From Octopus vulgaris (Eukaryota), in contig OX597814.1 in assembly GCA_951406725.2 (NCBI GenBank), forward strand, positions 120,156,001 through 120,220,000: a DNA stretch of 64,000 nt, given 5' to 3'. The position numbers and the translations under genes are program-made. Positions 11,201 to 24,347 of this stretch are shown here, one piece after another. The notes under the pieces are model-generated. The model did no database searches. It saw nothing but the letters and a program-made list of their open reading frames with translations, and was not told where the DNA came from. How positions within the stretch are numbered: position 1 is the first letter of the stretch; each line of letters opens with the position of its first letter.

Positions 11201-12854
11201 ATCTGTTTCCCGATACAAAAAGCTTTAAATTCGGTGCTGTACTGCAAAACGATTTCCAGTGTTGTGCCCAATCGAATGAGAGATATGACGCAGAGTGATA
11301 AGCTCCGCACAACCACTAGGTCACACTGGAACGAACCAAGCACTAAAAGTGAACAATATCAAGGCAAATGTAATATTAAAACGGATACCAAATGGAAAGT
11401 GAAAACATTGATGAACAAATAGTAATGGATGTGGGTTATACAATAATGTATAGTAATGGATGGGTTTATGCATTACGTTATACAATAACGAGTATTAAAC
11501 GGTGTTACAGCTCGATATTTTTGAGATATGTTGTTATATATCTTTGAAATGTTACGGAAACCCGGACTCTCCATTTCAACAGTAAAAATACATGTAATCA
11601 CCCAACAGGTTCAGATTATCTATTAAGTATTGAATTTAGAGCAAGGACATGCTGTTTTAATAATCTGACATTCGGAGATCTCAAGGGATCAACGAAATTA
11701 GTAACAGAAATGTGATCTTAAAAGGTAGGTCAAGTAAGATCAGCTAAGAAGAATAGTTCATAAATTACTAATCGTAATAAAGTCAAAATAAAGTCAAAAG
11801 GAAGTTGAATATAGTGCCCCAAATGACTACATTACAACGTCTGAAACAAAAGAGAAAAAGAGGAATATGACATGTAATTGTATTTACAAACAGATTTGGC
11901 ATTTGTCAACAAAAACACTCGCAGTTTGAAATATTTGCTCTGCGAAATTTTGCTGATATTCACTAACTTCACTTCTGCTGCCTTTGAACGTAGTCTTGTA
12001 TTATATAGGTAGATTTGTGTGCACATTCCATACATTACTTCTTGTTAAATAAATGAACAGTCGTTCAGCTCACACATGAATATGTAGATATTTAGAAGTA
12101 TACATTTTCTCACCCACTCACACACATTTTCATGAATGAGAGTATGCATATATAATCTAGCACGAGTTAGTCACTGAAGCCCCTTTACTGTAAAATGAAG
12201 ATTTTACAAAATGTTAAAAACTGCTAAGGTAATAGTATTGATAGTTGTGATTTTTAGTTACGAACAAAATTAATATATTTCTCAAATGTATTTCCTTCTC
12301 AAATACTCGTTCATAGCTAAAATTTCTTAGTTGACATAAATCGGAATATTTCAATAAAGCGTTCGATTTACACAGATAGCTAGAAATTAGCTTTGAACGG
12401 ATATTTCGAATGGTATCATTATGAACATGATATTTATGTTTTTCAGATATGATATTTCGAGTCTTTATTATTTCATTGTGTTTGGCGTATTCTAACGTTT
12501 TCCAAATGTTGGTAAATATTCTAACATTGTTATTTTTATACATCACTTAACTATTTAGAACAGGTCATGAGTTTCTGCAATATATATTTTATCGGATGAA
12601 AATCTAAATTCAATATATTATCAACCCATCCAGTGACATTTTAAAATTTGTAATTACGTTTCAAAAATAAAATATTGTTTTAGAAAGATATTCTTCGATA
12701 GATATTATTCGGCTTCAAAACATTGGTACGAACTGTAAATTTATTGTTCCCATCTGATTAAGAATTCAGATATAATACGCACTGTTCTTGCAGCAATATT
12801 TGAAATTTGAGTTAGCATTAATCGTAAATGTCTGTTGTATTATAGAATGATTAC

Positions 12855-13135
12855 AAATTTTGGTACAATGCCAGCAATATCAGTGCTAGTCAATTGAATG
12901 TAGTATTTAGAGGGACAACTAAATGTCGAGATTTCGTTGCTTTCCTAAGTACTACAAGACATACTTGTCTAGCTCTTGCCTTATATAATTATAGTCGTGC
13001 CAAACCAGTGTTCAACTGGGCGAACTAGTTATTTTATCGACCCCAAAAGGATGAGAGAATGTGAACTCAAAGCGTAAACACAGAACAAATGATGCTGCTC
13101 AGAAATTTGCTAAAGATTTTGCCATGTTACTGCCT
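12855..13135 (-). mobile_element. Degenerate Nin/Deu-domain-like SINE fragment
   Basis: TTTTATCGACCCCAAAAGGATGA and GAACTCAAAGCGTA resemble the copy at 55363-55569. Confidence 0.55.
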
Positions 13136-13151
13136 TTGTCAGAGTATAAAA

Positions 13152-13723
13152 TCCTTATAATAATCTGCTTGTTCGCTCACTCATTACACTTTAGTTCGTT
13201 AGAGAAATGCGTCACGTATTAAATTGAAGGGGAAAACGAAGAGCGAGAGAAAAGACAGTGATAAAAAGGGAGATTGAAGTGCTAACGACATGGTGTAGTG
13301 TGGGAGAGAAAGCGAAAGAGAAAGAGATATGTTTAGGATACAATGTTTAGTAGAGGGTAATATTCTGGTGATGAAGTTAAAAAAATGTCAGATAAAGAAA
13401 GATGAGCATGAGAGACAGTTACATTAATTGAGAAATAGAGAGAGAGAGAGGGAGTTAGTGGGTGTGAGGTGTGAGGGGGGAAGACAGGAATGTTAAAGAC
13501 AGGAAGACTGGAATTACACGGTTAAAATGTTATTTGAAGAGGTAGAAAGAAAGGCAGAAATAAAAGGTCCGTAGGAGATGGAAATTTTAAAATGTAATAT
13601 ATTATTGCGACGGGAAGTGAAATACTTTGCAAAATAAAAAATAAAATTAAAATTAATCCTTTCTTTCTTAAATGCCTTCTTTTAATATTTTTCGTCCTGT
13701 GGAATTTCAGCAGGTCCTGCTAG
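13152..13723 (+). mobile_element. Candidate non-autonomous Helitron
   Basis: Starts A|TCCTTATAATAAT. Ends with the imperfect hairpin CCTGTGGAATTTCAGCAGG followed by CTAG|T. Confidence 0.5.
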
Positions 13724-13984
13724 TACAATGAAATTTGCTTCAGTGTTAGTCTATTTTAAACTGTTTTTCTGTGTTCCATTGGTTTCCCTCCCTTTAGATT
13801 TACCAAAAGGGTGTTTTAAAAAGTTAATTTGGTATTGCAAGAAAGTATTCTCAATTCGGAATTCGAGTCTAATGATTACAACGGTTGGGAGAATATCACT
13901 TTAGTAAACATTTTAAAATAATCAACGTTGATTTCACAAAGATTTCTTGACTCAAGTTTCTCAAATTATTGATATCCTAAGTAT

Positions 13985-14160
13985 TGGTTTCAAATTTTGG
14001 TACCAAGCCAACAATTGCATTTGACTGGTAAGTCGATCCCATCGACACCATTACTCAAATGGTACATATGTTATCAATCCCAAAAAGATAAAAAAGCAAT
14101 GTGAACTCAATACGTAGGGGCATTTTGTCCGGTGTGCTAACGATATTTCCAACTCGCCGT
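13985..14160 (-). mobile_element. Degenerate Nin/Deu-domain-like SINE
   Basis: AAGTCGAT..ATCGAC..GGTAC..GTGCTAACGAT..CTCGCC is collinear with 55363-55569. Confidence 0.6.
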
Positions 14161-15708
14161 TACACGTTACAACTGGGACTTGGTTGTAATAATAGGGAGA
14201 AAATGGAAATATTCTTCCCGAATTTTATCTGAAATATTTGTCCTGAATTTTTGCCCAATTTTTGGAAACCTGGTGTAGAAAACCGGTTGCCTACTTCTTT
14301 TAAATCCTTCAACAAGTCTAAAGTATAAACTCTTTCTCACATTGAACTTATTTATTTTGTATATAAAAGGTTATTTTATTTCTATCCTTGTCCAGTTGGT
14401 GCAAAGCTTTGTTTAATTGTAATATATACATACACACACATATATATATACACATGCACATACATATATATATATATATATCGATGGATATCATTGTGTG
14501 TACATGTGCATGGTGATGTGTGTGTGTGTGCGAGTGTGTGCTTGTGTATATATTTGTGTGTGTGTGTGTGTGCAGGTGTCAGTGTGTGTATGCGTGATTG
14601 TGTATGTTCGCGTACGTATGTGTTTGCTTCCTGAAATGAAAATATCTTGTAGCCGGTCAAGTGAACGAGTATCTCTTTGCTTACAGCTAGAATTGTTTAT
14701 GAGAATTTTCTCTTCTTTGTTGACAGTCGTATTCTTAGCTGTTCACCAATATAATTTCCTACTTCACTCCTCACCCTAGACTGTTTCATTGCCGTATGTA
14801 TTTCCTCAATTTCTACACAACATCTGTCACAATATCCTGTTCAGTCGTTTTTCTTTCAGTTTTCTTATTTATTTTTCCTTTAATTATCTCTGACTCTTAC
14901 TCTCTTTCATTCCAATAATCTGTCTCTCTCTCTCCATCTCTAAATTTACAAAATATTCCTCTATTTCTTTGTATTCTTTCTGCTACTTTCTTTTTTATTT
15001 AGCCCCGTTATATATGTTTTCTTTCTCTCTTCATCTTCTAGGCCTTATTTCTCCTTCATCTTCTTGGCCTTATTTCTCCTTCATCTCCCTCATCTCCTGT
15101 TTATTTCCTTTTATTGCTAGAATCATACATCTTACTTTTACTGTTTCAGAAACAAAGGGTAAGCTAATGGATCCCATATATTGCTCCTATCACTTCTTAT
15201 CGTCTTTAAAGAAGTTTAGCAATTATTTCCAACTTTACACTGGAACTATAATCTGTAGGGTTTCGGGTGAAATGCATTTGATCATTGATTTATTCCACTA
15301 CAGTTAATTTGGAGTCAATCAGCAAAACAACGCATCAGAAGACATTTGAAATCTTCTCTCATAGTGAAAGCATTCACTTTAGAAATCCTGCGGCACATAT
15401 TGTTTTTAGTGTGTCTCGAAAGAATTATTATCGGTAAATACAGAAGCAAAAATTTGTACTGCAAGATGTGAACAATGACAAGAATCAATTTCTAGGAGAT
15501 TGCATTACAATTCCCATGAATCAATTTCTAGTACATTGCATATTTCCCGGTGAGAGTGAATACTTTCTTCATCTACCTGGTCGCAGAACGAAAACTTAAA
15601 GAGTCTGCATTTGTAAATCTCCATCGGCTTGGCTTTCTTGGTGAAGCGCATAGCTTTCATTTATATACAATATTGAATGGCAAGCACACACAATATTAAA
15701 TATGCTCT

Positions 15709-16154
15709 CTTTTACTCTTTTACTCTTTGACATGTTTCTGTCATGTGAGTGTGGCCATGCCTGAGCACCGCCTTTAGTCGAGCAAATCCACTTATTCTTT
15801 GCAAGCCTACTACTTATTCTATCCGTCTCTTTTGCCGAACCGCTTAGTTACGGGTACCTAAACACACCAGCATCGGTTGTCAAGCGATGTTGGGGAGGGG
15901 GACAAACACAAACACATAAGCACACACTCACACACACACACACACACACACGCACGCACGCACACACACACACACATACACTCACATATATATATATATA
16001 TATATACAGGACTGGCTTCTTTGAGCTTCTGTTTACCAAATCCATTCACAAGGCTATAGTAGAAGACACTTGCCCAAGGTGCCACACAGTGGGACTGAAC
16101 CCGGAACCATGTGGTTGGTAAGCAAGCTACTTACCACACAGTCAGTCCTACGCC
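15709..16154 (-). mobile_element. tRNA-derived SINE with CORE-like segment and internal (CA)n(TA)n
   Basis: Minus-strand head GGCGTAGGA..TGGTAAG..GGTTCAGTCCC, then ACCTTGGGCAAGT and an (AGAGTAAA)n tail. 8-bp TSD TATGCTCT at 15701-15708 and 16155-16162. Homologous to 17395-17821. Confidence 0.88.
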
Positions 16155-17394
16155 TATGCTCTACAAATATTTTACTATGGTCATTCGAGATGCATCATGC
16201 AAACCAAGGAAACGGAAGAAAACATTTTAGGCATATGCTTTGCAATGGAATCCGACGCAGAAAAATATGACTGCGAAGTGGGATCTCAAACATTGAAACA
16301 AACAAATGTATTCCCAAAGTTGTATTTCTCTGTTTGTTCCGATTTGATTTATACTCTGCAATTCATCAATGTAAACCTATTTATTGCACATGCTATCTTT
16401 TCCGAACTGTGTGCAGCTGTCCCGTCAACTCACTGATCACTTTCCTCTCTATGAAACTGAATCGATCCTATTATTTCACCATTCAGGAAAACCCATAATA
16501 GTTGCATGAACACACTCAGCCATCAAGTGTCTTTAGGAGTTTATCAATATTTATCTCTTATGTTTTATTGTCAATTTTACTATAAGAAACTGTAGAAATA
16601 TATTTTGTTTCTATCCACCACAATAAACACCGCAATCGGGAAAAATCTGATGTAAAATTAAACATCAGAAAAAAGATCTATGTTTTGCAGTTACCATGAA
16701 TACTACGCCAGCATACCAATATATGTGGTAATTGTTTGGTGGATTGTACTAGGACATTTGTGATTTAATGAGGAACAAACGCTTGATCTGCCATAACACA
16801 TAGCCAAATATATCACAAATCTGTTTATCTAGTTGTGTAATAGACACTGTGTCTGTTGTAGTTGCTAATAAATGTTTCACAATGCAATTGGATTGGCACG
16901 ACTGGAACAATATAGATACGTTTACTTTGAGAAGGCATTCTGGGTGCTAGACAACATGTGTTGATATTTAGTTGTCACTTTAAATACTACATTCAAACGT
17001 TGCCTGGTTTCACATTGTCTACAGACATTTTAAACTAAATACAACACATTTCAGTAAATTACACCAATCGATTAAATCGAGTTTGTCTCAGTTCTACAGA
17101 TTTGTGACCTCAGGAAATTGTGAAAGAAAATATATTACACGAATATTCGCAAACTGATATTGTGGGTAGCTTCGTGTCAGATTCCTGAATATAAATTATT
17201 TATTTACACCGCGTCTTATCTAAAGTTAGGTCTCATAAATTTGAAGAGTTGTAATTTTAAAACTCGAATATGAAACATAGATTGTAAGGTAATTAATTAT
17301 TTCAACTAAACAGCACTTTTCTTATCTAGAAAAATTCACGGGCATTTATAGACACACGCACACATACACACACACACACTTCTATAAATATATA

Positions 17395-17603
17395 CTCTTT
17401 TACTCTTTTATTTGTTTCAGTCATTTGACTGTAGCCATGCTGGAGCACCACATTTAGTCGAGCAAACCGACCCCAGGACATATTATTTGTAAGCCTACTA
17501 CTTATTCTATCGATCTATTGCCGAACCGCTAAGTTACGGGGACGTAAAAACACCAGCATCGGTTGTTAAGCGATGTTGGGGACAAATACTGACACACAAA
17601 CAT

Positions 17604-17646
<43 letters not shown>

Positions 17647-17821
17647 CATACATATATACGACGGGCTTCTTTCAGTTTCCGTCTACCAAATCCACTCACA
17701 AGGCTTTGGCGGGCCCGAGGCTATAGTAGAAAACAATGCCCAAGGTACCACGCAGTGGGACTGAACCCGGAACCATGTGGTTGGTAAGCAGGCTACTTAT
17801 TACATAGCCACTCCTACGCCT
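17395..17821 (-). mobile_element. tRNA-derived SINE, same family as 15709-16154
   Basis: Collinear high similarity over its full length. Confidence 0.88.
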
Positions 17822-18017
17822 GCGAGCTGGCAGAAACGTTAGCGCGCCGGGCAAAATGCTTAGCAGTATTTCGTCTGTCGTTACGTTGAGTTCAAATTCC
17901 ACCGAGGTCGACTTTGCTTTTCATCCTTTCAGGGTCGATAAATAAAGTACCAGTTTTGCACTGTCTGTCCTTGTTCATCCCCTCTATGTTTAGCCCATTG
18001 TGGGTAGTAAAGAAATA
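17822..18017 (+). mobile_element. SINE with Nin/Deu-like central domain
   Basis: Head GCGAGCTGGCAGAAACGTTAG with B-box-like GAGTTCAAATTCC and core TTTCATCCTTTCAGGGTCGATAAATAAAGTACCAG. Reverse homolog at 55363-55569. Confidence 0.82.
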
Positions 18018-19145
18018 TATATATGTGTATGAAAGTGTGATCGTACACGCGGACATAAAAATATACATACATTCAAATATAAATGGGTTTACCGAGAGAT
18101 TCTTAGTGAAATAATAACACTTCAATGTTTGTATCCGACTTAATTTGCTGACCTCAACAGAAGTTTTGCAGGAAAATTTTAACCTCTATCATTTTGAAAA
18201 CATGATATCTAAGGAGATTCAGCGCGCAAGAGAATTTGTTTTTGTCGGTATGAACTGTCATATCCTTTCTGTTGCCACATATATGCTTCGAAATAAAAAT
18301 CAGCTTGCAAATATTTTATGATAACAGACCTGTTTCATTCCTGAATAATTGATGAATGCTTATCAAGCTTCATATCGTAATGAACTAGTGCTGCAGATTT
18401 AGAAACAGAAAAACGTTAAAAACCATCAGAAATTATCCATCTGATTAAGTTGCATACTTCCACATTTTAAATTAATCGAAATCCTAATAAGAAATAGCTT
18501 ACCACTACAATCGTTTCTTAAATTTCCTTATACAACGACCTCCCTACTTCCATTCGGCACTACATTCTATCTTTCACGACATTTTGCTGCTCCCGCAACA
18601 ACTGCTCTTAACTCCATGTTGAATATGTCACCCCCAAAATATAGCAATACCCCTTTTCCCCCATTACGGACTATTCCTCACAGCCTGCGATAAAATCGAA
18701 AATTCATGATTTGCATACCAACATCACTGATGCCTCTATAGAACAGCTTTGACAACTTAAATATTTCCAACTAAATATTTTGACGTACAATATAAGCTTA
18801 TTTAGCATTTGATAAAATAGAAAAATATGTATTTAAAACCGAATACCCTACTCTCAAAACGAAACTGTCTAACAATCTGTTATCCTCTCAGAGTATTCTA
18901 GTAACAAGAATGGCATTTCTTTTAAAGTTAATACATGCAGAAGTCCTAAAATACTCAAGACAAAAAATACTGTCTGTGAAAACCTTTTTGCCTTCTTTCT
19001 TAAACAACTTTACTCCAGGGTTGACTTTCTTAGTCGTCGACGACAATAAGTTGGAATACAATAAGATCAGCTGGGGACGGAAACACTTGGACAAGAGATG
19101 CAGTTGTCAATATGTATATACCTACGTATATGTGTGTGTATACAT

Positions 19146-19176
<31 letters not shown>

Positions 19177-19521
19177 GTTGGAATTTACAAAAAAAGATAA
19201 AAAATGAAGGCAGGTGTGTAGACAACAAACAGGTGTATTATTTTAACGCTCGGGAAAGTGAGAAGGTCTTTTACGTTTCGTGCCTACGCTCTTCAACAGA
19301 AAAGATCAAGAGAAAATAAACAGACATGGATAATAAGTGCTTTAGTGATTAACGGTAGATCGTATAACTATGTATGTACGTGTATATGTCTCTTCTATTT
19401 TTTTAATTGTTATAAATCTTCCAGTGAGGAGGGAGCCGAATTCCAAATATGATTCAAAGCTCCATCTTTGGGATGTATTTAACAGAGATAAATTCACATT
19501 TGGAAATTCAGAAAAGTTTGT

Positions 19522-19632
19522 GTATGTATGTATGCATGTATGTATGTATGTATGTATGTATGTATGTATGTATGTATGTATGTATGTATGTATGTATGTA
19601 TGTATGTATGTATGTATGCAGGTATGTATGTA
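19522..19632. repeat. (TATG)n microsatellite
   Basis: Direct reading. Confidence 0.95.
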
Positions 19633-21594
19633 CGGGTATGTTCGCATGCGTGATCTGAAATATTTGCTCAATCAGTGTTTATCTCAAATATACTTTTAAA
19701 CATGCAGATTTCATATGAATTATATGGACAGCATACTGTGATTCTTCAGAAATCTCTGAATATTGCACAAATATACAAAGGATCGAAGGAGGGAAATAAA
19801 TCTTCTATCTACATAACATATATCTGAGCACTTCCTTATCTCCACAGGAGAAAAACACGCTTTCTGTAATATCTTAAAATACAAATACCTTTCATTATTA
19901 TTTGTATGCACGTACGAATAACGTGAAATTCATCTCGACTCTTCATATATTCGTTATCTGTTATGTAGTTTTATAAATACTAGGGTCACAAAACAGAAGA
20001 ATATGTTTCGCTGGACAATAGAAGTGTTTGTTGGTGATACGTGAATTTTGATCGAATTCTAGCCCTTGACATGTTCCCTTCATTAGTAATTTCCAGGTGG
20101 ATTATTAATTGCAACATGAAATGATGTATTACTATATGTGACGTATGCTGAAGACAATATGCAACCTATCATTTAACGATGCAAATTGTTGTATAAAAAT
20201 GCAGCTGTAAAATTGCAAGCAAAAATATATTGTCCTGCATTTCTGAACTAAAGTAGGAAACTAGAGTTAGAACTGTGGCCATTACCATTCTTCTTACAGT
20301 AAAACGACTAAAAGATTTGACAAAACTTACCTGAAAATAGATCTCACTCATTCGACTATTTCTACGTGTGAATTTAGAAAAGCAGATAGAGTGCTTCTAA
20401 TGCTGTATAAGAAAAGTAATTTGATACGACACGGAAATGTAGGAACCATGATGGATGTAGATTCACAAGTTTAGATTATTTCTTTACACACAGCAAAACA
20501 AATAAGTAGATTATAACAAAATGTTTAGCATTGGCTAGTATGGTTTAGCTATCATGTAAGTTGAGCGATGATGCATTGCTCTAGTTCACCAACGAATGAA
20601 GTTACAAGCTGCATTCAGTTATAATGCAGTCAGTTATATGATCTTCATTTGAACACTAAATTTTGATATTTGCCAAAATGAAATAGTAAGGCTCTTATAA
20701 GCTATTTCGTTAGAATCATTCATAGTGACACACAAATGCTGAGATATCCGTTTACTTGAAAGACAGATCAAATAAATACCTCTGACATCTAGTCACACAG
20801 AAAGTTATTTTCAACTTTCCTTCAAACAGTGAATAATATTTTTCTTCTGTTTTAAACATGCTTTACTCCAAATAGAAATTTTTAGAAAGCTTCTTTTCCA
20901 GATAATTTCGTGAGAGTGAAAGTCTAAACACGCTTACTAAACTCCCTGATTTTAGTACATTCTGGTCGCATTACATAAGGAGGATCTGGCAACATTTCAG
21001 CTGAATAAGAATGAAAATTTAAGAAGTCGGTGTTCAAAATAGTGCTCATTTATGTACGCTTATACTGGAATATCACGAACGAAATACATATTTCAGGCAA
21101 CATTTAAACTTCTTTTTAAACACCTCTCTTAATTCAGTTATTCATCTGTTACCTATATATATAGTCAAACCAAGGAAGAAAAAGCATGAAAAAACAAAAA
21201 CGTGAGGACGTGGTACAAGTACTGTGTTATTGGACGCTCAGGAAAGGAAAGAACAGAAATAGAACATTACCTTTCGAGCGGAGCTCTTCATCAGAAATAT
21301 AGAAAAAGTCCAAAGAAGGGAAGACGGAAAAAGAAAATTGCTAACGATACTCACGCGGCCACATATTGAAATGACCGGAGAGGGTGTGAATGTCGATGTA
21401 GGTGTTATTAGTGGTGGCAAAAAGGAAAAGAGAAAGAGAAAACAAGAGGAAAGTGGAACTAGAACAGAAGATAGGTTGAAGAATGTCGAGATAAAGTGGA
21501 AGAGTGACGGACAAATTTTAATGATTTCCAATCAAAGTGTAGAGTGGCGAAAGAACAGGAACGGTAATCCGGAAGTACAAGAATTTTAAGAATT

Positions 21595-21648
<54 letters not shown>

Positions 21649-21651
<3 letters not shown>

Positions 21652-22024
21652 TTGCGTCAGAAATTAATTAGCACTTCTCAAATTTCTACATTAAATATGT
21701 TAAATCAATTAACCTATGAGCTGTTCAAAACGTCTTACGCGATGAGAAAACTTAGTATGGTGTGATTTCGGTCCTTGCGAGGCGCTACCTATATCTATTA
21801 AACAAAGGAAGTTTGTCTGCATCCGCACTCCAAGTTGTTGTTGCACTGCTATGTCAACATCATAAGGCTGTAGACTCTCAAACTGCTCTGCAAACAAAGT
21901 TACGTCATCGTTCTGCGCAACAGTGAACTCGCAACAAAGCAATAGTTCGAGATATGGCCACTAGGTGACAGCACATACCTTGAGTGAAGAGCAAATCAAG
22001 GGTGCTAATTAATTTCTGACGGTA

Positions 22025-22027
<3 letters not shown>
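21649..22027. mobile_element. Tc1/mariner-type MITE inserted in (TA)n
   Basis: TIRs CACTTGCGTCAGAAATTAATTAGCAC and GTGCTAATTAATTTCTGACGGTAGTG, with TA on both sides. Confidence 0.88.
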
Positions 22028-22120
<93 letters not shown>

Positions 22121-22638
22121 TAAGAATAGAAAGTAAAGACTTTAGAAGTACAGGTAGGGAAGAAGATGAGAAGAAATGAAATAAGAGAAAATAAAACAAA
22201 ATCGAATACGAATGAAGGTAGTAGAGCAGATGAAATAATAGTTTGGTGGATAGAAATATTTTTAAATGACCATGGATATAAAAGGGATAAAATCTCGCGC
22301 ATACTATGGTATGTGGGCTGAGAAATTCTCACCTAATTGTTGGTGTTGTAGGAAGACGGCACTGGGCAGAACGGCCTTGTACATATATTTTCCTACACCC
22401 TAAGGTGAATGTGTCCTGGCCGATCCTACATCCCGCACGAGCACGTTATCAGATTTACCGTGCTGGATTAAAACATAGCCGAGCGTTGCTCGTTGTTCGA
22501 GTTCTTCGGATTGGACATTAGTTTAGGTGGTAAAGTGTGTTGTTGTTTTATGCTTCAGCGCGTGGCGTTTCCCGCGATGCTGACAGGGAGGCCATATCTC
22601 ATGTTATTTTCTAACTGGTTACCTCCATTCTCCCTGTG

Positions 22639-22968
22639 AATCACAAAGAGGATAAGTAGATAGGACAAGTTTCATCAAAAATATCATAGTAGTAACTGAT
22701 ATTTTCCCACAGGAAGACACTGCTTATCATTGATTTATGACTCTGCCACTTAAACTGTCTTTTTTACTCTATCCATAAAAGATAAATTCTAGTTTGCATT
22801 ACACTTGATAAACTAGTCAATAAAATTAGAACTAAACCCCGTCCCAGTAATAAATCTAAATAACAAAGTGAAATCAATGATAAGCAATGTCCTCCTGTGA
22901 AACAATATCAGTTACTACTATGATATTGTTGATGAAACTTGTCCTATCTACTTATCCTCTTTGTGATT
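22639..22968. repeat. Inverted repeat, 98-bp arms, 134-bp spacer
   Basis: 22639-22736 is the reverse complement of 22871-22968 with about 6 mismatches. Confidence 0.93.
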
Positions 22969-23231
22969 TTGGTTAATAGAATAAATATACAAATGAATAC
23001 TTTGAATTTAACTAAATTCTATATTTTTATGCAGCTGAACATTGCTCTACATTTTAAAAATGATGTAATATTTGCATTGTTCAATTAAATGGAGTCGCAT
23101 GAAACGATCGTACTGCATTACCTCTGGATATCCTTGTTGCTTATTTTGATTGTAATCACCTCATTTTGAATTATATGGATAATACCATACTAAATTCTGA
23201 TGCCTTTAACTTAAGTACCATATTCAACTGA

Positions 23232-23640
<409 letters not shown>

Positions 23641-23644
23641 CACA

Positions 23645-23743
<99 letters not shown>

Positions 23744-24039
23744 TTATATATATATATATATATGCATATATAAGCAATTAAGATTCAAATGAGTTCTATT
23801 GAATTCACGAGAATATGGTACTTGACATGGATGCACCAGAATTCTATATGGTGTTAACCATACGATAAAGTGGGGTGATTGCAAATAGGAAAAAAGCAAC
23901 GAGAATGGAAATCTCGGATGTTTTTCGGCTGATCAGTACGAGCCATCTATACTTACTGCAATTTTTGTAGCCTTATTAAAGATGTCTTCGTACGAAACAA
24001 TTGTACCGATATTTTGATCCATTCTTGTTGCTTTTTTCC

Positions 24040-24100
<61 letters not shown>

Positions 24101-24276
24101 GATATGAGAGTTATTGGTGTTAAGAAGACCCAATGGTGTCAGGTAAGGCTCAGTAAGTGCTATGAAGGGATATCCAAAATATCTCGGAAACAGCTGTAAG
24201 AACTCTTTATTAATCTTCTATAAATTATTCACATCATTGGAGTTTTTATCTCATTCTGTTAATTCATATATGTATA

Positions 24277-24347
<71 letters not shown>

